A stretch of DNA of 64,000 nt from positions 18,617,972 to 18,681,971 of the forward strand of contig CM119267.1 of the NCBI GenBank assembly GCA_051294375.1. The letters are read 5' to 3'. The notes beneath the pieces are model-generated. The model had not been told where the DNA came from, ran no database searches, and saw only the letters and a program-made list of their open reading frames with translations. Below are positions 11,868 through 24,617 of the stretch, one piece after another; the first letter of the stretch is position 1; the number at the start of each line of letters is the position of its first letter. The position numbers and the translations under genes are program-made. The DNA is from Paraspadella gotoi (taxonomy: Eukaryota; Animalia; Chaetognatha).

Positions 11868-12980
11868 CTGTGGATTAAAAAAAAGTTATTTATGACATTA
11901 ATACATTAAGAACGAATTTAGAATAATATTTGTAAAGATTTTTTAATAATGATAATTTATAATTTATAATATCATCGCAGGTAGACCAGTAAATGGATAT
12001 GATTGACTTTAAAGAAAGGACATTTCTAGTAAATTGTATTAAATATGCTGCAAACATTACGTGTAATAGTTATAGATTTAATATCTCCATTCTCGATATA
12101 AGAAAAAACTATTTTTAAAGTGCTCATCCAAGAAATGAGTCTCAGCCGTGAGAAAGTTAAGAACTCCTTCGGACCTTCCCTTCACTCGATCACAAAAGCA
12201 AATAACGGAGATGTTCCACGGCGAAGAGTCACTTCCGAAACGATTCCAAAATATTTAACGACAAAACGGCCTCACTTGCTCAAAGTATACACTTTGTCCT
12301 AAACAGAAATCCAAACTGCTCAAACGAGCCTTGGGGGAAGAACTTGGCCAAAAAAAGAGACCAACAAAGGACAAAAGGGCAAAGGGAAAAAGGGCAAAGG
12401 TCAAAAATGTCTTTATTTTTATTAGTTTCAGTTTCCTTAAACAATGATGTATTACGATATCAATCGATTAAAAAGAAATAATTCCCGACTTTCAAAAGCC
12501 TCACAACTCTGAATGGTTTTTTCTCCTAAAAATAACCGAAAACTCGAAAGGGAAAATGATTTGCAATTTTTCATGCTCCCTCTTGAGTCTCGCACGCCAT
12601 GAAAGACTATTCGAAAATAAAAAAAAGAAGAAAACTCCGGGTATTATTTTCTTTTCTTAAAGAAAAGAAAAGAAAAAAAACCCCTTTGATCCGAAGCTAA
12701 GCGAGCACGTTTGATAGATGTATAGATTTTCTCACCACACTCCTCTACAACGGAAGTCGGCACGACCCCTTCCACCTTCTGCTATTCAATCCATCACATT
12801 TCATTCACTCTTTCTCTCACTGTGAATGTGACCTTCCTCTCTTCCACGCTTGACTCTCGATACAATAAATCACGCTTTTTTTTATTTCTTTGGACAAGTA
12901 TGAGGAGCAATGACAGAAAAGTGTCTGTTTTTCTGTTTTTCTTTCGTTCATTATTTCTTTTTTTTCCCCTTTATTTCCTT

Positions 12981-13111
<131 letters not shown>

Positions 13112-13123
13112 CCCATCCCTCAC

Positions 13124-13303
13124 CGAATAGGATATCTTCTCGGGAAAGAGCCTGTAGTAGGACCTTGTAGGCGGACACTGGCTCCTGAGGTATTTGTACA
13201 TCGGATGCGCTTTCTCTCCGTTGGGGTCGAGTTTGGCGGAGAGGGGAAAAGAGGGTTGGAAGCCATCGCCGGGGCGAACGTGCATCAGTCCTGGAAGGAT
13301 TTC
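13124..13303 (-). CDS. GPx: GPx exon 4 (oligomerisation loops)
   Basis: tttttag|EILPGLMHVRPGDGFQPSFPLSAKLDPNGEKAHPMYKYLRSQCPPTRSYYRLFPEKISYS|gtgagg. VRPGxGF and CPP are typical of tetrameric GPx1/3. Confidence 0.93.
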
Positions 13304-14842
13304 CTAAAAATGAAGAGGATCATTATGTTAGTTCCTAAAAAAACCTTTTGAATCAATGAATGGGTAAGGTTAATATAGAAAATTGAGAATATTCATCTCG
13401 TTGATTCTAAAAATAGTAAGGACGTCGAATCCAACGTCCATTACTATTGCTAGTCGCGTGGTTCTCCCATTCTTGCTATCATTGGCCAAAGCGCTAACTG
13501 GTTTTTTTTTTCCTATTCGCTTTTTCATCACTGGAGCTCCAAAGATGCATGATTTTGATGACAAAACCTTTTAACGTAACACTTTTTCCTATCAAACGTA
13601 AAGTGTACGGACTGACAATAAGAATAGTCCGCCTTTTTCTGTTCAGACACTCGTTGGGGTCACTATACCACTATTCGAAATAACGACGCGTTTTTAGTTT
13701 TAATTTTAATTTTTGCTAATAAAGTTTCACAAAACAAGAAACGTCTTCTTTTATTGATTAATATTGGGGCCCATGTTGAAACAGTAAAACGGGAAAGCTC
13801 GAATGCTCGTCTCATACTTAGTTACCTCGTTATAGAGTCGATTATAAAAAAGCGGGTATTCCAAACTGCTGGCCCATCATTATCTTTTCATCCGCGCGCC
13901 AATTTTACGGCCGAAAAAATTTTAATCACGCTGTCTCGAGTTAGATTAGAAGGCGAATCTTCCTTGAAATATGCATCGAAACCTCGACTGGGGTTTAAAA
14001 AAGGGGGTTTGGAGAGCCCTCTTCCTTCATTTTCATGAGATTTCATGATATTCATGAATATCGTTTTTTTTAAATGAAATTTAACAAATTTAGAGAGAAA
14101 TTTTAAAAAATGGAAAGATGCTCATTGTTCGAATAATTTAAATAAACTTAAACAAATGTAAAAATTTAACAAATTTCTAAGAAATGTAAAAAAATTTTAA
14201 ATTCGTTTTCAACTTTTTTCTCCGAGTAGCGCTTTTAAAATCCCGAAAGATGGCGCCGCCAATAAACGCGGCTCTATCGCCGAGCGAATTCTCAGAAAAG
14301 ATCCCCGCGACGCCGGTCGTAGAAATTCGTTGGGCGTGGCCATCGCGGCGCGGCGAGTGTGCCGGGAGCGGCAGGGTGGGATTCGTTGGGAGCGAATGAG
14401 GATTAAATGAAACGCAAAGTGGATCAAGATGTTAAAATCAAATGTTAGGACGAAGTAAATGAGGCGAAGGGGCGAAGAAAGTTGGTGAAAATTACTAGAT
14501 TAAAGATGGTGCGGAAGAAGCTAAAATATGTTTAAATACTTAAAAGAAGTTTAGAGTTGAGAGATGCGTCGAGAACAGAGAAAAGTGGAAGGGTTGCAAG
14601 AGTGGCAAGAGAGGCAGAACAATACAAAAACACAACAAAAGATCGATTATTTAAATTAAAGAATAAATAAAAGAGGGTACAAACTACAAAGGGAAGAAAA
14701 GAGAGGGAGGGAAGTGAAAAATTGAATCAGGCGCCGCAAAGACAAAACGGAGAGAAGCAAAATGGTTTACGAGAGTTCTACTTTGCAATATGCAAGAATG
14801 TCGACAGAAATATAAATGTAGAGAAAGAAAGAGCGAGTTGGA

Positions 14843-14875
<33 letters not shown>

Positions 14876-16195
14876 TGAGAGTGAGAGCCAGAATCGATAA
14901 GTTCTCCTTTTATTGGTTTTTTTTTGTTGCCTGGTGACACCGTCGTTTTACTACATCCCGCTGTCACTCGCTTCCGGCGAAAGTAACAACCACAACGACA
15001 AATGAAAACAAAAGACAAACCAGGACAACAACGCCATCTCTCCAGTCTCCACATCTCACCATCGCATTTGTTTTCGGCACGAGATCCTTTTTATTGGTCA
15101 AGTACCCTTCTCTTTGTTATTCATACAAGAAGCAGAAGACTTAAGGGGACCNNNNNNNNNNTGGGTTCCCTTAAGAAGTTTGACTCTCTATTTCAAGACT
15201 CTCCACATCGATCTTTCTTTGTCTCCCGATTCAATTCTTAATTCTCTCTCGATCGTCTCTCTTTTTCTTCTCATCGCATTTAACTTTTTTTTCCTCTTTA
15301 TTTTTTTATATTTTTTCTCTCCTGTCTTTCCTTTTAATGTCTCTCTTTCTCTCTCTCTTTCCCTCCCACTATCTTCGCTCCTCTCCTTTTCTCATTACTT
15401 CTTTACTCATTACTTACTACTACTTTACTTATTACTATCGCTTATCTCTTCTGTTTCCCTCTCTATTTTCCTCTTTTTTATATTATCTCTCTTCCTCTCT
15501 CTCATTTTAAACCATCTTTCCCTTCTACTATCCTTAACCCTTTCTTTTCTCATTAAATCCCTTTCTTTCTCTCCATCCCTCTCTCTTTCTCTCTTTTTCT
15601 TTTTCTCTTTTTCTCTTTTTCTTTTTCTCTTTCTCTCTTTTTATGATTCTTCCAATATCTCTCTGTTTTTTTCTCTCCATATTTGAAAATTTTTTCCGCG
15701 ATTTTTTCCGACTTTGACCACAAGGGGGGCAGGAGCTTTCCACCCCCTCCCCTGTAACCACTATTAGCAACATGAATGGACGTCGAAATGTGCCTTATTT
15801 TTTTATATTTTCGTATGTATAAGAAAGAAATGGTTAAAAGGGTTCTTTTTCTGATTGTTGCTGGTTATGCAAACGATGGCAAGCAAATGCGGCTATATGC
15901 AAATGGTGGGGCGTGGTCAGAATAAGCAAATCAAATTCACCTCGAATCTAATTTGTAAAATTAAGAGAAAAAATAAAGCTTCCGAATTATATGAAAAAAA
16001 ACTACTACTAAATCTTTCGTTAAGTTTTTCTTCTATTTTTCTTCTACAATATTCTATAAGGTTCTATAAATAAGGGCCATATAGAAAAGTGCAGATATAT
16101 TAATGGTATTTCATCGGGCAGCAACTACATCTTTCCTTAAGCTCGCGACTTTCATTCGCTTTTAATGACAAACAAATAATAACCGAGCAGAATAA

Positions 16196-16308
<113 letters not shown>

Positions 16309-16343
16309 ATTCTCGGATTACTTTCCGACGATATGCAACTTAC

Positions 16344-16458
16344 CTTATTAGTTCCGGGTTCCTGTCGGAATTGGTTGGAGGGAAAACCGAGAACTTGGAA
16401 ATTCTTATCTTTGAAATCGAACTGTAGTGCGTTCAAGCCCCAGTAGTGGGAGGTGTAC
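16344..16458 (-). CDS. GPx: GPx exon 3 (catalytic Gln)
   Basis: ctgcag|G TAC...AAG|gtaagt encodes YTSHYWGLNALQFDFKDKNFQVLGFPSNQFRQEPGTNK. Confidence 0.93.
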
Positions 16459-17744
16459 CTGCAGTGGGGATTGGGGAAGGGGAAGGGGATTCGGAGAGAT
16501 CAGTTGACAATGAAATTTGTATATGCATTCGCGGTGGCCAACGCGGGCGTCCCCGTAGGGGCAACACGGCTCAACGTCCGACGGAAGATAATTTCGATAT
16601 CTGTGTCTCAAGTTTCCCGATTCGCGACGGAGAGTCGCGACGACGAATATACAATAATGAAGACGATAAAGTAAGCGAATATCTGGATTTTTTTTAATGT
16701 TTTGAAATTTGGAAAAAAGTCAGAGATCTTGGTAGCCGCGACGTCGAACGTTTTCACGTTGCTTTTAAACTGTTTTTTTTTTGATACGGTATAAAAAACG
16801 GGTTTATTAACATTAAAATAGACCAAGCCAACTGGATTTTTGTTTTGCAAGTGAAAAAAAAATAACCCAGTGAATCGGATTTGGGTTCAACCTTCGTTTG
16901 GTTTCGAGACAAGATCGACGACGTTACCCAACGAGCAACACAGCCTTAGCAGGGTGTCTTTTGTCGTTGTTATCTCTCTTAATCTCTGCGGCTTTCGCGC
17001 AACCGCACGCCGATTCTTCGTCTTAGAAGTGAGATTGCTCCGCTTCGATTGAATCCAAACGCCTACGTCTCCATGGAAACGCGTCCGTCCTGCGGCGAAT
17101 CCGTCTTTTCAATCGAGATTCCTTCGCTGCATCTGGGTTTTTCTTCATCCCCTCGGTTCACTTCATCCTCTTAGTTATTTGGTTCTTTTTGTTCCCTGGA
17201 TCTTTTTAGCTTTTTCTCTTTCACCCTCTCAGTCTCGTTCACCCTCTTCGTCTTTTTCACCCTCTTAGTAATATTTTTTTACCTATTTTGTATTTTTCAC
17301 CCTCTTGATCCTTTCACCCTCTCGATCTTTTTCACCCTCTTCGTCTTAAGTCTTTTTCACCTTCGGAATCCTCCTATTTTAAGTCTTCTCAACTCATTTG
17401 GTTTCTTTCAACTCCTTTCATAGCATTCTCCTATTTATCTTCACAATCTTTTCGGCTTCACCCTTTTAAAATAGTCCTACTCAATGTAACCGTTTCACGG
17501 CTTCACCCTTTTAGCCTTCCGATTCCTTTCAACCCAGTTTTCTCTTTCTCGAAATCCTAAGGCAACAACTTCTGTCTCACCCACTTGACCCAATTTATCA
17601 TACGCTCTCACCATCCTCTCACCTTTCACATCTTCACTCTTTGCACATTTTCTCCTGTCCCGCCTTTTTAACCTTTTCGATCTTCCGAACCTTACCAACC
17701 TTACCGATCATTAACAACCTCCCGACTCCCTACCAGTGGCTCAC

Positions 17745-17824
17745 CCTCAGTAAGTCGCGACGTTGACGACGAGCAGGACTTTTCCCCTGTACAGCGCCAT
17801 CGAGTGATTTTGTCCATTCAAATT
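17745..17824 (-). CDS. GPx: GPx exon 2 containing the Sec UGA codon (17749-17747)
   Basis: ttctcag|AAT TTG...AAC GTC GCG ACT TAC TGA GG|gtgagc encodes NLNGQNHSMALYRGKVLLVVNVATY-U-G, the GPx signature G[KR]VLLxxNVAxxUG. Confidence 0.93.
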
Positions 17825-18051
17825 CTGAGAACAAAAGACGTTTGGACGAATCGACATTGATTAAATTTTTTTTGATGCAAAATTGACGTAGAATGAGGAT
17901 TTTTTTTTTGGTAACTACATAGTTGAAAATATCAGTTACGTTCATTTAATTTTGTTTCAGCCCTGTAAACTTTTACAAAAGAGCGTTCTGAATCTGCAGG
18001 TTAGGCGAAAAAACATGAGATTTTAAAAAAGCCTTTTAAATTTAATTTAGA

Positions 18052-18370
18052 GCCGAACTGGCGCGTTACCAACAACCGACTTGGGGAAAATGACCCCATA
18101 TGGCAACAGCCGGGTTGCCTGTGATGCCCATTGGGATGGGGCATCTAACTGTTGGCTTTGGGGGCTTCCGACCCTCAGTGACGCCTCCAGTCACTGGCGC
18201 GGTTACCCTAGGACGGTCTCGCTTTGCCAACACAGAGGGAAGTCGTTAGGACTGTGGATGGAACACTACGCTTGGGATGGTGTGTTCCCCCTCTGAGCCA
18301 ATGGATTTGGCTGAAGGATGACGGACGTGAGGCGGTGTGAATATACCGCCACACCCATTTGAATTTTTAG
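18052..18370 (+). other. Unidentified GC-rich multi-hairpin element (structured ncRNA or TE 5' end) in GPx intron 1
   Basis: At least seven short stems are packed into ~300 nt with sharp boundaries against AT-rich flanks (details under findings). Confidence 0.45.
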
Positions 18371-18455
18371 GAGGGAATAATTTTTTGTCAATGTTAAACC
18401 TCTCGTTAGCAATTATTTAATTAATTAATTAATTAATCCATTCACGGTCGCCGAC

Positions 18456-18647
18456 CTGGAATTTGAAATCGTAAATGGTCCTCGGGTCGGAATAGTCCGG
18501 GTGGCACATGACCCTCTCGTAATCCTCGTGGACCGATTCCGTCGACGGCGCCGATAAAATCAACGCCGTCGCGATAAGAAGACGCCGGGCGAAATCGGGG
18601 CCGGGCGGAGAGGCAATAGAACGCCAAGGCGGCGTCGTGGAAACCAT
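18456..18647 (-). CDS. GPx: Selenoprotein glutathione peroxidase (GPx1/3-like, probably secreted), coding exon 1 of 6; gene span 11584-18647, 239 aa
   Basis: gccATGG start. Encodes MVSTTPPW...RRLLIATALILSAPSTES...RTIYDFKFQ|gtcggc. The six exons (192+80+115+180+74+79 = 720 nt) join in frame with GT-AG introns. Confidence 0.85.
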
Positions 18648-19135
18648 GGCGTCAAAAATGCTGAGAGTAGTAAAAGAGAGTTAAACGATATATATACGGA
18701 GTTTGGGGATTTAACTAGACGTTCCAAAGCTATTTGTATCGTGAAGAATGGAAACAAGGAAGCGCTCCTTTGAAAGTCAACTCAAGAAATCTAAAAATAA
18801 ATAAGAACGGCAATTTTTCCTTTAAATTAAACGTATTTGAAGATTTTCTGTTCCGGATCGTTGCGATTATTATTTGATTAAAACAATTTTTATCATGAAA
18901 AAAGTTTTTGACGTCAGTTAAATCGTGCTCGTTGTACTCAAACAAAACTTGTCCAGTGTCTTTTACGGTGAAAACGCCCGAGAAAATACGGCAAAAAATT
19001 GACTTAAAAAACGTTGTCCCACCTGTAAACATCGTATTTAAACTTTTAAACAAGATAAGCTGGGACTGTTTAGCAAACATGCGGGTTAACAAAAAACAAA
19101 AATCTTTTTCTCTTTTGGTCTTTGTCTCTCTCTCT

Positions 19136-19227
<92 letters not shown>

Positions 19228-21557
19228 CTCTCTCTCTTCAAAACCACCCAATGCTCAGGGAAAACACCCTTATAGGCGAAACAAAGTCGTCATTCAAGCC
19301 TCAATCCGAATAATGATATCGTTTTCGATTTTTTTTGTTCGATTTTGTTTAACAAGAAGTAAAAAACCAAAATAGCCAACTACTTAACTTAAAATAGACA
19401 ACGATAAAAGAGCAAATCGATAGCTTCACTTTGTTATAATGACAGCTTTTGAAAAAAGATTAGAATGACCAGATATAATCAGGAAAAAAAGTTTTTGTCT
19501 CTCTCTTTTTTTTTTCTTCAATAACCATTAACAATTAACATAATTTTTACTGCAATTTGCACAATGAAGTTGAAGAAATTTGATAAAATATTCAGGATTT
19601 CTCCTAATCGCTCGTTAACTTGCAAAGCGCGGGAAAAAAGGACGACGAAGACAACAACAAGAAGAACAACAACCAAAAGAACAATCATTCTCTAAAAAGC
19701 GAATATTGAAAATTACGAAATCTTTGAGAAGCTGAATAAAAAACTAACCTGCGGGCGGATTGCCTAATTTTTTATGGATTGATTTATCCGTAAATTATTT
19801 TAGAGAGGAAGAAAAAAAAATTGTAAAATTTCGAGTAAAAAAAAATTGTGTGTGTATTATTCTAAAAGCCAGGGTATTAGTAAAGTAAAAGTATTGAATC
19901 CACGTGAAACCAGATGAGTAGAATATCGACTATTCTTAGACTTGATAGAATTGTCGGCCTGTGATTGGTCGGAACGGATTCTCTCTTCAACGAATCATCG
20001 TTCGAGTTGATGGAATCGAATTAAATTGATTGTAGAAAGTAACGTATTCTTCCATGCAGCTTGGGAATATACTTTCACTCCCCACTTACTTTTCCTTTCC
20101 ACCCTCCTCCTCCTCTTCCTCCTCTTCCTCCTCATCTTCCAATTCCATCTTTTCGGCTTTTCGTTTGAGAATATTTTTTTCACTTTCCCCCCAGTTTACT
20201 CACCAACGTTTAAAAGGATTAAGGGAGCTTTTCCAAAGGTTTGGCTGCTCCGTCCTTTTATCCTTTCGTTTCTCTTGGTTTTCTTGGATTTTATTTTTTT
20301 CCGTCGAGAGTTTACTCTCTTTTATTCAACGACTTTTTGTGCTCTTGGATGGTTTGAGCAGCTGCACAAACTCTCGGGTGTGGGGTCCGAAAATTAAGGT
20401 CGGTTACGAAGAATTACGAAGAATTACGAAGAATTTCTGACTGGACAATTAACTTGAGAGACATGAGGCGAGGTTTTTTTACAACATCATGTATCCCGAG
20501 AAATGGGATTGTTTTTTATTTCATTAATTTAATTAATTAATTATTTTACTTCCAACCCTATAGTTTTCAATTTTCTTTCATCGAAATTAATATTTCTCAT
20601 TTATAAAATTTGTTAATTTGTAATCGCTCCATCTCAACGTATCTCGTTTCCAATTCGGAAACACTCACAAATATATACATCCGCGTTGGAGAGAATCGAG
20701 TAAAGATTTTTTTTTCCAAGCGAAGAGAAAAGTAAACAAAACTTAAATTTGAAAACCCTTTTTTTTCCAAATCGTATTTCGGTTGAGAAAGAATCCTTGC
20801 GACGGCGACGATGTAAAGATGTCTACCGTCTCAGATTAAGGACGGCGCGAACAAAACAAACTCCCAAAGTAGGAACTTGCAAAATTTGAAAAAGAAACGA
20901 CAGAAAAACAGATAAACTTCACACCTCTTCAGGTTTGGGAGATAAATTCTGAGGAAAAGTTTTGAAAACGTCTTGTTTTGTTTCCCACGCTAGTTCTTGA
21001 GGAAAACCATTTTTTCAAGGTTTTCAAATTTTCCCGGGCGTGTTGAAAACAGTTCAGAATAAATATACCTGAGACAACTCTCATATTTTTGGAATTATTT
21101 TGGAGAGGAACAGTTTTTATTTGGACGAAAAATAAAAACAACTCCATTCGTAATTTTAATTTAAATTTAAACTTTACTTCAACTTAGCTGAAATTAGTTA
21201 CCAATCAGTAATCTTGAAACCCTTTTTCAACTTAACATCAAATGATGTCAATTTAATATGCTAATTACATAATTATTCTCACACAATTATGCTGAATACT
21301 AATTACGACGTTTCTAATAACCCATTAATTCATCTGTGACACGATTTTTGTTTCCACGAGCGGCCGATCCTATTTTTAAATCCATGCCCATTTTTCTCCC
21401 AACGAGCCTCCTATCATTGATGCCGGTTTTTCTCACAACGACTGACCTGACCCCTAGTTTCCAATCTCGCCCATGGCCCCTTTTTTTTCTCTTTGTGAGG
21501 TGAAAGGGAAGTCGGAGAAATTCAATATCGAGTCACCGGAGGTTTTCACGAGAGAGG

Positions 21558-21654
<97 letters not shown>

Positions 21655-21817
21655 AGTCGAATTAGATTTCCATCTTTTCGACGAAGAGAAATTAACGCTG
21701 ACACCAAGATTAACACATTTTTTTTCTTTCTTTTTTTTTCTCCCTTTTCTCATCTCTCACCTTTCTCCTTTTCTTCCTCACCCTCGCTCCTCCGCCCCTT
21801 ACCCCCTTACCCCTCAG

Positions 21818-21904
21818 TGTTCCATACCTCTTCCTCGATGTGATAAAAACACGACCAAAAACTTCTTCGCCGTCAAAACTGCCTTGGAGGAATATCGCCA
21901 AAAG
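21818..21904 (+). CDS. KCNMB: BK channel beta subunit-like exon
   Basis: Bounded by ccctcag| and |gtgagt, phase 0/0. Encodes CSIPLPRCDKNTTKNFFAVKTALEEYRQK, comparable to KCNMB CSYIP.C..N. The phase-0 intron immediately before CSxP is also a feature of vertebrate KCNMB genes as I recall them. Confidence 0.72.
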
Positions 21905-22249
21905 GTGAGTTCGATTTGCGATTTGGGAAGTTGAGGTAAGTCGAGGAGTGAAAGGATTATCGAGTAAGAGTAGATCGAGGATACGTGTTAAAATGATTAT
22001 TTTATTTAAAATATCCTTTTTTCAAAATTGCATTAAAAAGACAATTGCGAAAATTTCTATGGCGTAAAAGATGTAGGAAAAAAATAAATAAATAAAATAA
22101 ATAAAAAAAGGATGGCGAATATAATGCTAAAATAAATTTCCAGCACAAAATGGCTGTCGAAAAAAATGATTAAATCCAATGTTAAAAAAGGAAAAATCAG
22201 GGAAAAGATGCGACGATTGAAAACTTAAAATATTTTTAAAGACGGAGCG

Positions 22250-22965
22250 GGATGAGGAAATAGGAAGATAGGAATAGGATGAGGAAATAGGATGAGGAAA
22301 TAAGAAGATAGGAATAAGAATAGAAATAGGAATTGGAAGTTGGATGAGGAAATAGGAAGATAGGAATAGGAATAGAAATAGGAATTTGAAATAAGATGAG
22401 GAAATAGGAAGATAGGAATAGTAATAGAAATAGGAATAGGAAATAGGATGAGGAAATAGGAAGATAGGAATAAGAATATAAATAGTAATTGGAAGTTGGA
22501 TGAGGAAATAGGAAGATAGGAATAGGAACAGAAATAGGAATTTGAAATAAGATGAGGAAATAGGAAGATAGGAACAGTAATAGAAATAGGAATAGGAAAT
22601 AGGATGAGGAAATAGGAAGATAGGAATAAGAATAGAAATAGGAATTAGAAGTTGGATGAGGAAATAGGAAGATAGGAATAGGAACAGAAATAGGAATTTG
22701 AAATAAGATGAGGAAATAGGAAGATAGGAATAGTAATAGAAATAGGAATAGGAAATAGGATGAGGAAATAGGAAGATGGGAATAAGAATAGAAATAGGAA
22801 TTGGAAGTTGGATGAGGAAATAGGAAGATAGGAATAGGAATAGAAATAGGAATTTGAAATAAGATGAGGAAATAGGAAGATAGGAATAGTAATAGAAATA
22901 GGAATTGGAAATAGGATGAGGAAATAGGAAGAAAGAAATAAGAATAGAAATAGGAAATAGGAAGA
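22250..22965. repeat. 156-bp higher-order satellite (3 x ~52-bp subunits built from AGGAAT-like hexamers), ~4.5 copies
   Basis: The GGATGAGG following ...GAAGTT recurs at 22342, 22498, 22654 and 22810, an exact 156-bp period. Confidence 0.9.
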
Positions 22966-23248
22966 CAAGATAAGATCTGGAAACCGAGATGAATGATAGG
23001 CCGATAAAGATTATTAGTTCAGGGGATTCCATTCGATTATGGCAATTTGTGAGAAGGTGAAAAAAATGAGGGATTTTGAAAAAAACAAAAAAGAATTCTA
23101 GAGATGGGTGAGAGATGATTACAATTTTATGAAATGATGGGATGGATGTAGATCACAAAAGTAATCAAGTTTTTTTTTTAAGGTTGTTATTGCTGTTATT
23201 ATTTTTAGCATTGTTAACGTTGTTGCAATTAGTTCACTTCGGCAATTA

Positions 23249-23460
23249 GGATAACGGTGGCTAATTGAGTAATACCATTAGCTCATGACTATTGACTAAT
23301 GACCATTCGTTACCGGGATCGATCGCCAATTGTACCCAACTTTCGGGAAGCGTGAGGACGTCTGTAAACCGCCTTGATGGTCTGCGTGATGGGTTAGGAA
23401 GTTGCGGATAGCACTCTGCAGTCCACTTTGGGCTTTATCCAAATGTTGTTCTTATAATTT
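23249..23460 (+). mobile_element. tRNA-derived SINE, diverged copy 2
   Basis: Collinear with copy 1: cggtggctaattgagtaa..agctcatgac..taccggg.tc.atc..gaagc.tgaggacg..gtaa..gggtta..gaagtt.cgga.ag..ttatcca. Confidence 0.62.
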
Positions 23461-23563
23461 TTGTAATTGTTATTATTTATATTCTTGGTAGTGTTGTTGT
23501 TGTTATTGTCATCCCAAGCTGGCTCCGACGATCAAACCCCCTCTCCCCCTTCCACCGATCAAG

Positions 23564-23747
23564 GAGGGCGACTTTCACTGCTTCTATCAACCCAACTACG
23601 TGACGGGTGACGAAGTGAACCCGGATCCGCTTCACGCCATCCTCGAGGGGAATCACAGCCAACTCGTGGTCGTCGTCTGCCTTACCCTTCCTTGGGTCGT
23701 CGTCATCGCCTCCATTCTCGGCGTCTCACTCACCGCTTATTACACGG
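23564..23747 (+). CDS. KCNMB: BK channel beta subunit-like exon with TM2
   Basis: Bounded by aag| and G|gtgagt. Encodes EGDFHCFYQPNYVTGDEVNPDPLHAILEGNHSQLVVVVCLTLPWVVVIASILGVSLTAYYT, i.e. the F.C.Y.P motif followed by a hydrophobic TM2 containing LPW. Confidence 0.72.
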
Positions 23748-24173
23748 GTGAGTTTCTTGTTTTAGTTGATGTCGTCGTCGTTGTTACAAGAATTCCGAAG
23801 CTAATTTGAATTGAAATGATATATATATAATTATAAATGCTGATTAAATGCGCGAAACCAAAATATGTTAACCGCTCATAAGTTATGAAAAATTAGGAAC
23901 ATAAACAGGAATAAACGATGAAAAACGTTCAGGCTCCAAATATTTTTATGTTTTTTCGTTTTATGACTTTTTTTATCTCAAATCACAACGATACGCAATT
24001 TCTCTGAATGGATAATTTGTCTTCGCAACACACAAGAAAATATCACTCATATATATTTTTTCGTCAGGTCTCATTATTACCTAAATTTCTTGCCAATTTA
24101 AACGAACAACTTTCAAAAAAAAAAAAAAAAAAAAAATCAAACAAAGAGAAAATTGCAAATTTGACAAAAAATC

Positions 24174-24352
24174 TTAGTCATTCGACTGGCAAAGAAAGGC
24201 TCCCCTTACGGAGTGACAGGAAACGTCGTTCCACTTTCCGTTTCCCGTTACTTCGACACAATTTTCGTTGCCTCCGAGATTGTTGGGTTTGCCCTGTTCC
24301 CAATTGAATCTTTGGACGGGTCGAGTAGATCCTCCCAGATCCCAAACCCATT
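24174..24352 (-). CDS. C-type lectin exon 3
   Basis: tttgacag|(E)WVWDLGGSTRPVQRFNWEQGKPNNLGGNENCVEVTGNGKWNDVSCHSVRGAFLCQSND*. Contains W..G.PN...E.C, WND..C and FLC motifs. Confidence 0.9.
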
Positions 24353-24421
24353 CTGTCAAAAACGCAAAATCATTTAAAAAAAAAGGGAGGGCGAATCATC
24401 GGCAGTCAACAGTTATCTGAC

Positions 24422-24617
24422 CGTCTGACCCCGTGTGGGCCCTTTTCGCCCCGATCCAGAATTTCAATTTTTTCGGGTTTGAGACGGAGGCGATGACGTC
24501 GAAAGAATTGGCGATTATGAGACCCTTCAGAGCGCATTCGTTGAAGGCCTTCTGCCACGTCTGCTGCTTTTCGACGAAAACTAACCGTATGAGGGGCGCT
24601 GTCGTCGTAGCCTCGAT
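24422..24617 (-). CDS. C-type lectin exon 2
   Basis: ctttttcag|IEATTTAPLIRLVFVEKQQTWQKAFNECALKGLIIA...KFWIGAKRAHTGSD|gtcaga. Contains the TWxxAxxxC and WIG motifs of the CTL domain. Confidence 0.85.

Noticed and set aside
18052-18353. Telomerase RNA, H/ACA RNA or RNase P/MRP identity for the structured island
   Set aside because: There is no CUAACCCUAA template, no ANANNA H box in a hinge and no CR-I/CR-V P4 motifs. It is kept only as an unidentified element.
22127-23032. 301-aa ORF, the longest in the track
   Set aside because: It arises from the 156-bp (52-codon) satellite and is low complexity with no recognisable domain.
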